64,000 nucleotides of DNA. It comes from an uncultured virus (IMG/VR IMGVR_UViG_3300005672_000033). Its lineage: Duplodnaviria > Heunggongvirae > Uroviricota > Caudoviricetes. The notes under the pieces are model-generated. The model searched no databases. It saw only the letters and a list, made by a program, of their open reading frames with translations, and had not been told where the DNA came from. This document shows, one piece after another, positions 20,500-28,400 of the stretch. Position numbers and translations under genes: made by a program. Location: the IMG/VR virus record IMGVR_UViG_3300005672_000033, one strand, 5' to 3'. Position 1 is the stretch's first letter. Each line of letters opens with the position of its first letter.

Positions 20500-20687
20500 G
20501 CGCCGCGAGCGAGGTGCTCGTCGCGGTGCCGGCCGTCATCAGCGCCCTCGAGGCGGTCGCGGACGCGTTCGGGCTCGACCGGACGAAGGTCGTCCGGGTC
20601 GCGGCCGGCTCGCTCCCCGAGCTCCGCGAGTCGCCGCCCGACATCGCGTCCACCTACTTCGACGCCAAGGCCAAGGCCTCGGAGTAG
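20496..20687 (+). CDS. small hypothetical lysis-region protein
   Basis: ATGA overlap; MSAASEVLVAVP... Confidence 0.5.
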   Translation: MSAASEVLVAVPAVISALEAVADAFGLDRTKVVRVAAGSLPELRESPPDIASTYFDAKAKASE

Positions 20688-20690
20688 CGG

Positions 20691-22220
20691 ATGGGCAAGC
20701 GGGAGATCATCCAGAAGGGCTCGGGGCGCGATCTCTTCGCGTACTTTCACATCGAGCCCGCGTACATCCGCGACCAGGCGCGCGCCGCGACGAACGACAC
20801 CGTCGTCGCCGAGCTCTGGGGCCTCGGCACCAGCGCATACAAGGCGGTCATGGCCGGGTACGGGGGCTGGAAGAAGTACTGCGCCGACCTCGCGCAGAAG
20901 GCGGGCGTCGCGCAGTTCGAGCACACGTGCCTCACGACGTGGAGCGCCGGCAGCCAGATCCTCAAGGTGGTCTGCCGCGGGCGTGACCTCCCCGACGCGA
21001 TCGTCAGCCTCGACGGCCTGTACGGGACGAAGCCGCCCGGGTCGCGCGCCGGCGACGGCCAGGTCATCTTCGACGCCGAGATCGAAGCCGTCGCGCGCTA
21101 CGCGCTCGCGGCCGCGCGAGGCGAGAAGGTCTTCGTGCTGCTCCACTCGTCGATCTCGACTCCCTACGGCTCGAGCGGCGAGGTGGCCGACCTCATCCGC
21201 CACTTCGTCGAGACGGAGCTCGGGCGGGAGATGGCCGAGGACACGTCGGTCACCCCGGCCGACCTGGACAACCACGCCTTCAAGGCCGCGCTGGTGATCG
21301 GCAACTTCCACTGGATCGAATTCGCGGGCCGCGACGCGAAGGAGCACGTGCGGGAGGGACACCTCTTCGACGAGGTCTGGCGCAAGTGGATCCCCTGGGC
21401 CACGACCGACGAGGGGCCGTCGACGGACCCGAACCCGAACGTGCCGACGATGCCGCCGCCGGCGGCCCGGCCGGTGCAGGTCGGCGACCGCGGTGCCGAC
21501 GTCGAGCGCTGGCAGATCTTCCTCGTCGGGCAGGGCGCCGGCATCCAGGCGGACGGGGTCTTCGGGCCCAAGACGCTCGAGGCGACGAAGGCGTTCCAGC
21601 GCGTGGCCAAGGTCACGGCAACGGGCGAGGTGGACGAAGCGACGCTCGCGGCCGCGCGCGCGAAGGGCTTCGGTGCGACGCACGACGCGGCGTTCCCGCC
21701 CAGGCCGAGCTTCGATCCGCTCGTCGGCAACGCGGCGCGGGCCGCGAAGTTCGGTCAGTTCGCTTTCGTGCCGGCGCCGACGGCGGGCAACCCCGAGGGC
21801 ATCCGCATCACGGACGGGTGGGACCGGGCGAACATCGTGTCGGTCGTGATCCCGCAGCTCTCGATCGTGCAGGGCGCGCCCAAGGACGGCCGCGTCCTCT
21901 TCCACAGACTCGCGGCGCCGCGCGCACAGCAGCTCTTCGCGCGCTGGGAGCACGCGGAGCTCCTTCACCTGATCCTCACCTGGGCGGGGAGCTGGGTGCC
22001 GCGCTTCGTCCGGGGCTCGCGCTCGACCCTGAGCAACCACGCGTTCGGCTCGGCGTTCGACATCAACGCGGCCTGGAACGGGCTCGGCACCGCCGGCGCG
22101 CGCGCCGGAACGAAGGGGAGCGTTCAGGAGCTAGTGTCGATCGCGACCGACATGGGCTTCTACTGGGGCGGCTTTTTTAGCCGACCCGACCCGATGCACT
22201 TCGAGCTGGCGAAGCTCTGA
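20691..22220 (+). CDS. modular endolysin: alpha/beta-hydrolase-like N-terminus, peptidoglycan-binding domain, M15 peptidase
   Basis: GDRGADVERWQ...ADGVFGPKT...AFQR (PG-binding); SNHAFGSAFDIN and DPMHFE (M15); TWSAG nucleophile-elbow-like motif. Confidence 0.85.
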   Translation: MGKREIIQKGSGRDLFAYFHIEPAYIRDQARAATNDTVVAELWGLGTSAYKAVMAGYGGWKKYCADLAQKAGVAQFEHTCLTTWSAGSQILKVVCRGRDLPDAIVSLDGLYGTKPPGSRAGDGQVIFDAEIEAVARYALAAARGEKVFVLLHSSISTPYGSSGEVADLIRHFVETELGREMAEDTSVTPADLDNHAFKAALVIGNFHWIEFAGRDAKEHVREGHLFDEVWRKWIPWATTDEGPSTDPNPNVPTMPPPAARPVQVGDRGADVERWQIFLVGQGAGIQADGVFGPKTLEATKAFQRVAKVTATGEVDEATLAAARAKGFGATHDAAFPPRPSFDPLVGNAARAAKFGQFAFVPAPTAGNPEGIRITDGWDRANIVSVVIPQLSIVQGAPKDGRVLFHRLAAPRAQQLFARWEHAELLHLILTWAGSWVPRFVRGSRSTLSNHAFGSAFDINAAWNGLGTAGARAGTKGSVQELVSIATDMGFYWGGFFSRPDPMHFELAKL

Positions 22221-22231
22221 GGGAGACGACG

Positions 22232-22528
22232 ATGCGGCTTGAAGGTCATGCCCTGGATGTGCCTGGCACGGTGGCGCAAGGAACCTCGAAGGACGTGTCC
22301 GACTTCGTCGACAAGACGGTGCTCATCTCGGGCATCGCAGGCGGCGCCACGGTCCGGATCCAGGGGCGCATCGGCACGTCCGCGTGGGCGAACCTGGGCA
22401 GCTCGATCACGGCCGACGGCGTCTACCTGTTCCCCGAGTCGGTCACCGAGATGCGCGTCGACCGGACCGCCGTGGGCACGGGCAATCCGACGGTGGTAGC
22501 GACGCTTGGCGCGCGCCTCGCGGGGTAG
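22232..22528 (+). CDS. hypothetical beta-rich protein
   Basis: RBS GGGAG, clean ORF. Confidence 0.55.
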   Translation: MRLEGHALDVPGTVAQGTSKDVSDFVDKTVLISGIAGGATVRIQGRIGTSAWANLGSSITADGVYLFPESVTEMRVDRTAVGTGNPTVVATLGARLAG

Positions 22529-22532
22529 GCCC

Positions 22533-22895
22533 GTGCGCGACCGCCGCGACCAGAAGACGCCGAAGCTCTCCGGCAGCTACCTCGGCTTCCAGGCGAGCGC
22601 GGCGGGCGTCTCGCGACGGCTCTTCGAGGTCATCGCCGAGACGCGCGCCAAGCTGGAGGACCTCGCGGTCCGGCAGCGCGTGGCACTCGAAGCGAGGCTC
22701 GAACGAGGCACGCTGCTCGCGCGCGAGCTCGACGGCCTCGCCGCGCGGTTCTCGCGGTGGCCCGAGCTCGCCACCACCGAGCCGGAGCAGCTGGCGCTCG
22801 AGCGCGCCGCGCTCTACGGCTGGCTGATGGGGACGGTGCGCGAGGCCGAGGAACTGCTGCTCGAGCTCACGAGGAAAGACCCGAGGGCCGAGTAG
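22533..22895 (+). CDS. hypothetical helical protein
   Basis: GTG just after the upstream stop; typical codon usage. Confidence 0.5.
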   Translation: MRDRRDQKTPKLSGSYLGFQASAAGVSRRLFEVIAETRAKLEDLAVRQRVALEARLERGTLLARELDGLAARFSRWPELATTEPEQLALERAALYGWLMGTVREAEELLLELTRKDPRAE

Positions 22896-23242
22896 TCGTC
22901 CGACGACGCACTCGGCGCCTCGGTCCACGAAGCACCGACGAGCGAGCGCGTCGGCGGCGCGGCGCGCGTACGACCCAAGCCAGGATGANNAATAGTGGAC
23001 GCGCACCCGCCGGTGCTGACGGTGTCGGCGCTTGGCATGGAGTGAACCTCGGAAGGTGAGCTTTGCTTCATGTCGTGCAGTTGAGCGGAGTGGGTTGGTT
23101 GCCCACCCACACCCCAGCCGTTGCTTGTGGCGCCTCGCGCGTGCGCTCGAGCGCGCCCCCTTCCACGAGTCCTGAATCCGCGCGGAAGTTCGCGTCGCAC
23201 AGCCCGTCGTCTTCGATGTCCGGGTGGTTGGCGTTCGCGTGC

Positions 23243-23270
23243 TTGACAGGAGCGCCGACCGCCTTACCCT
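23243..23270 (+). promoter_or_regulatory. sigma70-like promoter for the tRNA-like/Pth2 cassette
   Basis: TTGACA-N16-TACCCT. Confidence 0.55.
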
Positions 23271-23336
23271 GGCCTTCGTGACTCGCTCCTGCCATTGACA
23301 GTCAGCGCCCCGAGCGCCCCTCGACGTCGATAGGCC

Positions 23337-23388
23337 AAGCCGCCGGCCGGTCCCCGCTTCTTCGGGACCGCGTCGGCTTTTCGCGTTT
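23337..23388 (+). terminator. intrinsic terminator/attenuator-like hairpin upstream of the tRNA-like genes
   Basis: AAGCCG/CGGCTT outer stem, CGGTCCC/GGGACCG inner stem, followed by a T-rich tract. Confidence 0.5.
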
Positions 23389-23393
23389 CACCT

Positions 23394-23475
23394 GCGCGGG
23401 TAGCTCAGCAGCAGAGCGCTCGCCTACGCCTCGTGCGTCGGCGAGAGGTCGGTGGTGCAAGTCCATCCCCGCGCG
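23394..23475 (+). ncRNA. tRNA-like RNA 1 with extended anticodon arm and no canonical anticodon loop
   Basis: Acceptor GCGCGGG/CCCGCGC, D stem GCTC/GAGC, CTCGCC-15nt-GGCGAG, T arm GGTGG-TGCAAGT-CCATC. Confidence 0.8.
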
Positions 23476-23479
23476 CCCC

Positions 23480-23554
23480 GGGACGGTACCTCAGCTAGCA
23501 GAGGGCTCGGCGTAATGACCCGAGAAGTCGCAGGTGCAAACCCTGTCCGTCCCA
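23480..23554 (+). ncRNA. tRNA-like RNA 2 with 9-nt anticodon loop CGTAATGAC
   Basis: Acceptor GGGACGG/CCGTCCC, D stem CCTC/GAGG, CTCGG/CCGAG, T arm GCAGG-TGCAAAC-CCTGT. Confidence 0.8.
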
Positions 23555-23559
23555 CCCGT

Positions 23560-23633
23560 GCATCCCTAGCTCAACGGCAGAGCGCCCAGCCTAATGACCT
23601 GGGAGGTACCGGGATCGACACCCGGGGGATGCT
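23560..23633 (+). ncRNA. tRNA-like RNA 3 with 9-nt anticodon loop CCTAATGAC
   Basis: Acceptor GCATCCC/GGGATGC, D stem GCTC/GAGC, CCCAG/CTGGG, T arm CCGGG-ATCGACA-CCCGG. Confidence 0.8.
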
Positions 23634-23659
23634 CCGTGCTCATCACCAAGGAGGACATC

Positions 23660-23989
23660 ATGCAAAAGCTCTTCGTCGTCGTACGTCGTGATCTCGCGCC
23701 GGGCGCCATGCTCGCCCAGGCCTGCCACGGGCTCCGCGCCTTCGCGGCCGCCCACCCCGAGCTCGACGCCGCGTGGTACCGCGAGTCGAACAACCTCGTC
23801 TGCCTCGAGGTCGAGGACGAAGCCGCGCTCGAGCGGCTTCGCGCGCGCGCCGAGGCAGCCGGGGTCGCGTACGCGACGTTCCGCGAACCGGACTTCGACG
23901 ACGCGGTCACCTCGATCGCGATCGCGCCGGATGGCTGGCGCCTCGTGTCGTCGCTGCCGCTGGCGATGAAGGAGCGGCGCGCCGCGTAG
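23660..23989 (+). CDS. peptidyl-tRNA hydrolase, Pth2 family
   Basis: RBS GGAGG; KLFVVVRRDL..G...AQACHG...W...LVCLEV...F.EPD...T.IAIAP...LPL. Confidence 0.8.
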   Translation: MQKLFVVVRRDLAPGAMLAQACHGLRAFAAAHPELDAAWYRESNNLVCLEVEDEAALERLRARAEAAGVAYATFREPDFDDAVTSIAIAPDGWRLVSSLPLAMKERRAA

Positions 23990-24039
23990 GAGCGCCGAGA
24001 ATTTAGCCGGGCCTCGCGCTTTCTGAGCACGATCCAGGC

Positions 24040-25851
24040 GTGGGCCGGAAACGCGTCGCGGTTGAGCAGGGGTCTCTATTCGAGCCGCCGGGCAAGCTGC
24101 TCTACGGGGACAACCTTGAGATGCTCCGGCGAGAGGTGAAGGAAGAGAGCGTCGACTTGGTCTATCTGGACCCGCCGTTCAACTCCAAGCGCGCCTACAA
24201 CGTCCTCTTCAAGGAGCGTGACGAAAGGGAGAGCGCGGCTCAAGCGAAGGCTTTCGAGGACTACTGGCGATGGGGCCCGCAGGCGGTGCAAGCCTTCCAA
24301 CGGTTGACGGGCACGCAGGCCGAGGAGCGAGGTGTTCCCGCCAAGCTCGCGGAGCTCGCCGAGGCCCTCCATCGCTTCATCGGACCGAGCGATATGCTCG
24401 CCTACCTCGTCATGATGGCCGAGCGTCTCGTCGCGCTCAGGCGAGTGCTCAAGCCGACGGGGTCCCTCTACCTTCACTGCGATCCCACCGCGAGCCACTA
24501 TCTGAGGTTGGTGCTCGACGCCGTGTTCGGCCACGCCGCTTTTCGCAACGAGATTATTTGGAAGCGAACCACAGCGCACAGCGGAGCGAAGAAGTTCGCG
24601 CCCATCCACGACGTGCTGCTCTACTACGCTCGCGGCGACGCCCCAGTCTGGAATACGCCGCGCACAGAGTACGATGGCGAGTACCTCGACAAGTACTACC
24701 GCTTCGATGACGGCGACGGCCGCCTCTACTGGCGCGCGGACCTGTGCGCCGCAGGCATACGCCACGGCCGATCCGGCGTGCCTTGGCGCGGAATCGACCC
24801 GACTGCGAAGGGCATGCATTGGAAGTTCACGGTCGAGCGCCTCGATGAGCTTGACGCCGAGGGCCGCATCTACTGGCCCCCAAGGGGCACGATGCCGCAG
24901 TACAAGCGCTATCGAGACGAGCTTAAGGGGGTCGCGGTGGGTGATATCTGGAGCGATATCGATCGCATCAACCCGGTGGGAAGCGAACGCACAGGTTGGG
25001 CAACCCAGAAGCCTGTCGCGCTCCTTGAGCGCATCATTGCTGCCTCGTCCAACCCTGGAGACTTGGTGCTCGACCCGTTCTGCGGGTGCGGGACGGCGGT
25101 CGAAGCAGCTCAAAAGTTGGGCCGTCGATGGATCGGGATCGACGTTACATACCTCGCAATCGACATCGTGAAGAAGCGACTTTCGCGGGTGTTTCCCAAC
25201 GCGGAACTGTATCGCGAGGTTGGCGCGCCTCGTGATGTGGTCGGTGCCAGAGCATTGGCAGAAAAGGATCGGCGCGACGCGACGAACGAGTTCCAGCGTT
25301 GGGCAGTACCGCTCATCGGCGCGAACCACGCGGGCGAGGATCCAAAGCAGATGAAGCGCGGCATGGACCGAGGCATCGATGGGTACATCCGGTTCAAAGA
25401 TGACCCAGAGGGAGGCAGCAAGAAGGTCCTGCTCTCCGTCAAGAGCGGCAAGGTCTCGTCTCGTGACATCCGCGATCTGCGCGGAACTATGGAGCGCGAG
25501 AAAGCACCGATCGGCGTGTTTATCACGCTCAACCAGCCCACGCGCGAGATGGTGAAAGAGGCCGCGGAGGCCGGCACCTGGAGTTCGGCCGCCTTCGAGC
25601 CGGGACGGTCCTTCGACCGTATCCAGTTCCTCACGATCGAGGACATTTTCGCGGGGAAGCGGCCGCAGTACCCTGGTCAGACGCGGCCGGGCCGCTCGAC
25701 CGCGCCGCCACCACCGAGCAAGGAGACGGGCCCCAAGAAGGGTCTCGGCGTCGTCGACGTGAGGGGCGAACGCGAGCGCGTTGTGAAGGTAGCCCGGACG
25801 ACGCCGGAGGCGGCCCCGGCCCGCCGCCGGAGAGCCGCCTCGGATAGTTAG
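24040..25851 (+). CDS. N6-adenine/N4-cytosine DNA methyltransferase (beta class) with C-terminal Mrr-like nuclease domain
   Basis: YLDPPFNS, TQKP.ALLERII, LDPFCGCGT; DRGIDG...SVKSG. Confidence 0.88.
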   Translation: MGRKRVAVEQGSLFEPPGKLLYGDNLEMLRREVKEESVDLVYLDPPFNSKRAYNVLFKERDERESAAQAKAFEDYWRWGPQAVQAFQRLTGTQAEERGVPAKLAELAEALHRFIGPSDMLAYLVMMAERLVALRRVLKPTGSLYLHCDPTASHYLRLVLDAVFGHAAFRNEIIWKRTTAHSGAKKFAPIHDVLLYYARGDAPVWNTPRTEYDGEYLDKYYRFDDGDGRLYWRADLCAAGIRHGRSGVPWRGIDPTAKGMHWKFTVERLDELDAEGRIYWPPRGTMPQYKRYRDELKGVAVGDIWSDIDRINPVGSERTGWATQKPVALLERIIAASSNPGDLVLDPFCGCGTAVEAAQKLGRRWIGIDVTYLAIDIVKKRLSRVFPNAELYREVGAPRDVVGARALAEKDRRDATNEFQRWAVPLIGANHAGEDPKQMKRGMDRGIDGYIRFKDDPEGGSKKVLLSVKSGKVSSRDIRDLRGTMEREKAPIGVFITLNQPTREMVKEAAEAGTWSSAAFEPGRSFDRIQFLTIEDIFAGKRPQYPGQTRPGRSTAPPPPSKETGPKKGLGVVDVRGERERVVKVARTTPEAAPARRRRAASDS

Positions 25852-26057
25852 AGGCGCCGCACCGCGGCAGCGGCCGCCTTCACGATCGGCTCGGCAGAAT
25901 CGAGCCCGGTCACCAGGTCGCCCGCGGCCAGCGTCGCCCGCTCGGCTCGCTCCCACGCGGCGCGGTGGCCCACCGTGCCGGGCGCCGACGTCTTGCCCAG
26001 TTCGAGCGCGGCCTGCAGCTCGCGCGCGACGCGCTTCGAGCCCGAGTAGGTCCCCAC
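25848..26057 (-). CDS. small hypothetical protein
   Basis: ORF convergent on the methyltransferase. Confidence 0.4.
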   Translation of the reverse strand: MGTYSGSKRVARELQAALELGKTSAPGTVGHRAAWERAERATLAAGDLVTGLDSAEPIVKAAAAAVRRL

Positions 26058-26066
26058 GCGCGAGCA

Positions 26067-26312
26067 TCAGGAATTCAGCACGCTGTCGACCTCAAGCAGC
26101 GCGAAGAGCAGGTTCACCGCGTCGCCGTCGGTTCCGGTGGCCCGCCAGCTCTCCAAGGCGCGTTCGTGATTCTCGCGGAGCATCGACCGAAGGCGCGTTG
26201 GCGCGACGAGATGGAGCGCGCCCAGTTCTCCGAGTTGCTTCTCCACGGTGGTGGCGGCAGCGAGTCGTTCCAGGCCGGCGCGGTAGGCTGCCTCGGGGTA
26301 TGAGTCTTCCAT
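26067..26312 (-). CDS. small hypothetical protein (probably leaderless)
   Basis: TAGGAT 5 nt before the ATG; MEDSYPEAAY... Confidence 0.5.
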   Translation of the reverse strand: MEDSYPEAAYRAGLERLAAATTVEKQLGELGALHLVAPTRLRSMLRENHERALESWRATGTDGDAVNLLFALLEVDSVLNS

Positions 26313-26450
26313 GAGAGATCCTACCCCGGCACGCAACTGGCCGCCGCTCGTGTCGACCTACAGGGCATGACCCCCAAGAACGACAACGACGATGAGATCG
26401 ACATCTACCAGTGCGGCGAGCACCCGATCTTTCGGCTCGGTGGATCCGCG

Positions 26451-26789
26451 TCAGCTCACCATCCGCAGCGCGCCGGCCGGGCGCGTGCTCGCGAGGGCGG
26501 CACGGTGCACCACCTCCGGCGTCGACTCGACGAACGACCGCACCGGGAGCCCAAGCTCCTCGAGGACGCTGTCGATCGCCTCGACCAGGTACGGCGCGAA
26601 GTCAGGCGGGACGCCGTGGGCGACGAAGCCGTCGCCGACGAACTCCAAGCGCGCGAGCGCATCCCAGCAGCCGTTGCAGATGGCGAAGATGGTCGCCCCG
26701 CGGTTCTCGAACCGGATGAGGAATGAGTCGCCGATGTCGTCGGCGAACTGCACGTCGTAGCCGTCGAAGTTGATCTCGGAGAGGTTCAT
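26451..26789 (-). CDS. hypothetical acidic protein
   Basis: Protein-like composition, typical codon usage. Confidence 0.55.
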   Translation of the reverse strand: MNLSEINFDGYDVQFADDIGDSFLIRFENRGATIFAICNGCWDALARLEFVGDGFVAHGVPPDFAPYLVEAIDSVLEELGLPVRSFVESTPEVVHRAALASTRPAGALRMVS

Positions 26790-26945
26790 GTCCCGAGCTT
26801 GCGCCTCGAGGGCGCGCCCGCGAAGGGCCAGGCAAAGACCTAGGACGGACTATGTCCGTGTCGAATCGCCACGGGTCCGCATGGGTTAATGGAAAACGAC
26901 GGCTCGACCTCTTGCGCGGCCGCCGCGCGGCGCCAGCATCAGCGG

Positions 26946-27044
26946 ATGAAAACCCGCGACGTGGTGAAGTTGGTGTACGGGGGCATCCTCGTGGCCAAGG
27001 GCGCGAAGGCGATCCTCGAGGTGCTCAAGAAGCTGAAGCGCTGA
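26946..27044 (+). CDS. 32-aa cationic amphipathic peptide
   Basis: MKTRDVVKLVYGGILVAKGAKAILEVLKKLKR; CAGCAT 6 nt before the ATG; GC-ending codons. Confidence 0.45.
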   Translation: MKTRDVVKLVYGGILVAKGAKAILEVLKKLKR

Positions 27045-27229
27045 CCTGTCGGACGCTCCAGCGCAGGCTCGCACCGACGAACGCGCGCTCGAGCTCGGCG
27101 AACGCCGCGGCGTCGACGCGCAGCCCGAGCGGGAACTCGAGGTGCACGAACCGCCCGCGAGACGTGGTCACGTCGCGGACGATGAACGGGGCGAACCAGG
27201 GCATGGGGCCTCCCCATCGTAGCGCGCCG

Positions 27230-27943
27230 CTACGGAGCCGTGGACAGCCTTCGCCCGTTCCTCGTCTTCGGTCGCTGTGGACCAACCGGTTCTGTGAGCG
27301 CGCGCGATGTGGACCACCCCGACCGAAGTCGAAATGAGATCGTGCTGGCGGCGATGCCGGTCGTCGTCGCCCAGTCCGCGATGCACTGGGAAACCCCGTC
27401 GTGCTCGACGACATGCGCCGTGCGCGAATTCCTCACCTGCTCTGGCATCGTCGCCCAGCGCCAGTTCGGCGCCGCGCCACGGCTGATGCAGTCGTCGCAA
27501 TGGCCGCAGTCGTATCCGCGGTCGTTGTCGCGTCGGTCGATCGAGTGTCTTCTCGTCGGCGGTGCGCCGACGTCCGCCAAGAACGACTCGAAGCTCTCCG
27601 CCCACCCGCGGCACACCCCAATGCCGCGCCCACCGTAGTCCTTCCAGTGCTTGTGGTTCGGGTTCGAGCAGCGCTCCTTGATGCCGCACCACTTCTTGTA
27701 GAGCGGATGACGACGAAGCCCGTGAGTGCGTCCGGAGTCCCCTGACCTACGCCACTCCTTGATGAGGCAGCCACAGGATTTGCGCGGGCGGGTCTGCGAC
27801 GTGAGTTCCCAGCCGATGACCTCGCGCTCCACGCCGCAGTCGCACCGACACAGCCACGTGGCCCCTCCGCGGTAGGAACCGGCCCTTCGAACGACCAAGA
27901 GCCTGCCGAACCTCTGCCCGGTGAGTTCGTTGAGCGGATGCAT
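27230..27943 (-). CDS. phage HNH-type homing endonuclease
   Basis: LTGQRFGRL...WLCRCDCG...YGGRGI.VC..W...SIDRRDNDRGY. Confidence 0.8.
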   Translation of the reverse strand: MHPLNELTGQRFGRLLVVRRAGSYRGGATWLCRCDCGVEREVIGWELTSQTRPRKSCGCLIKEWRRSGDSGRTHGLRRHPLYKKWCGIKERCSNPNHKHWKDYGGRGIGVCRGWAESFESFLADVGAPPTRRHSIDRRDNDRGYDCGHCDDCISRGAAPNWRWATMPEQVRNSRTAHVVEHDGVSQCIADWATTTGIAASTISFRLRSGWSTSRALTEPVGPQRPKTRNGRRLSTAP

Positions 27944-27944
27944 C

Positions 27945-28400
27945 TCACACCTCTCCCATGGAACGAGCCCCGAGTTTCACCAGCATGCTGGCGAGCAGGG
28001 TACGGTGACAGCGCGCGGCGTCGGTGCAGTAGCACGCGAGCGTGCGCGTCGGCGCCGCCAGAAGCCTCTCCCACGCTTCGCGCTGGCGCCGGTAGCTCTG
28101 ACGCATCTCCTCGGTGTAGGCCTCCACGTACGCCGGCCAGGCGGAGTCGACCTCTTGGTCGTATCGCTCTGCGGCGGCGAGGCGCGCGGCAACGAAGTCA
28201 GGCGTCGCCCCCTTGCGCTTCGCTGCCTTGCGGTGCTCGCGCGCGCCCGCCCGAGCATCGAGCATCGGCCGCATGATGGCCCACGACGGGGCGAACACCT
28301 TGCCGAGCTCGCAGCCGCTCTTGCGGGTGACGTCGAGCAGGTCGGCGCTCGCTCTGGCGGCCGGCGAGAAGAGGCGCGCGGTGTGGACGACGAGGGTCAT
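27945..28400 (-). CDS. DUF488-like protein
   Basis: DVTRKSG...FAPSW...Y..EMR...TLACYC....CHR. Confidence 0.65.
   Translation of the reverse strand: MTLVVHTARLFSPAARASADLLDVTRKSGCELGKVFAPSWAIMRPMLDARAGAREHRKAAKRKGATPDFVAARLAAAERYDQEVDSAWPAYVEAYTEEMRQSYRRQREAWERLLAAPTRTLACYCTDAARCHRTLLASMLVKLGARSMGEV

Noticed and set aside
22896..23240. Additional ncRNA or gene upstream of the tRNA-like cassette
   Set aside because: Contains a gap, only short local hairpins and no convincing ORF; cannot be supported without a covariance search
23394..23633. Ordinary tRNA-Ile(AAT) or tRNA-Leu(TAA) calls
   Set aside because: Loops are 9 nt or longer and the D/T loops deviate, so no isotype can be assigned honestly
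23594..23659. Longer Pth2 start at 23594
   Set aside because: Falls inside tRNA-like RNA 3; ATG 23660 has a GGAGG RBS and matches the family N-terminus
26367..26726. Plus-strand 119-aa ORF
   Set aside because: Mostly overlaps the more protein-like minus-strand ORF 26451-26789
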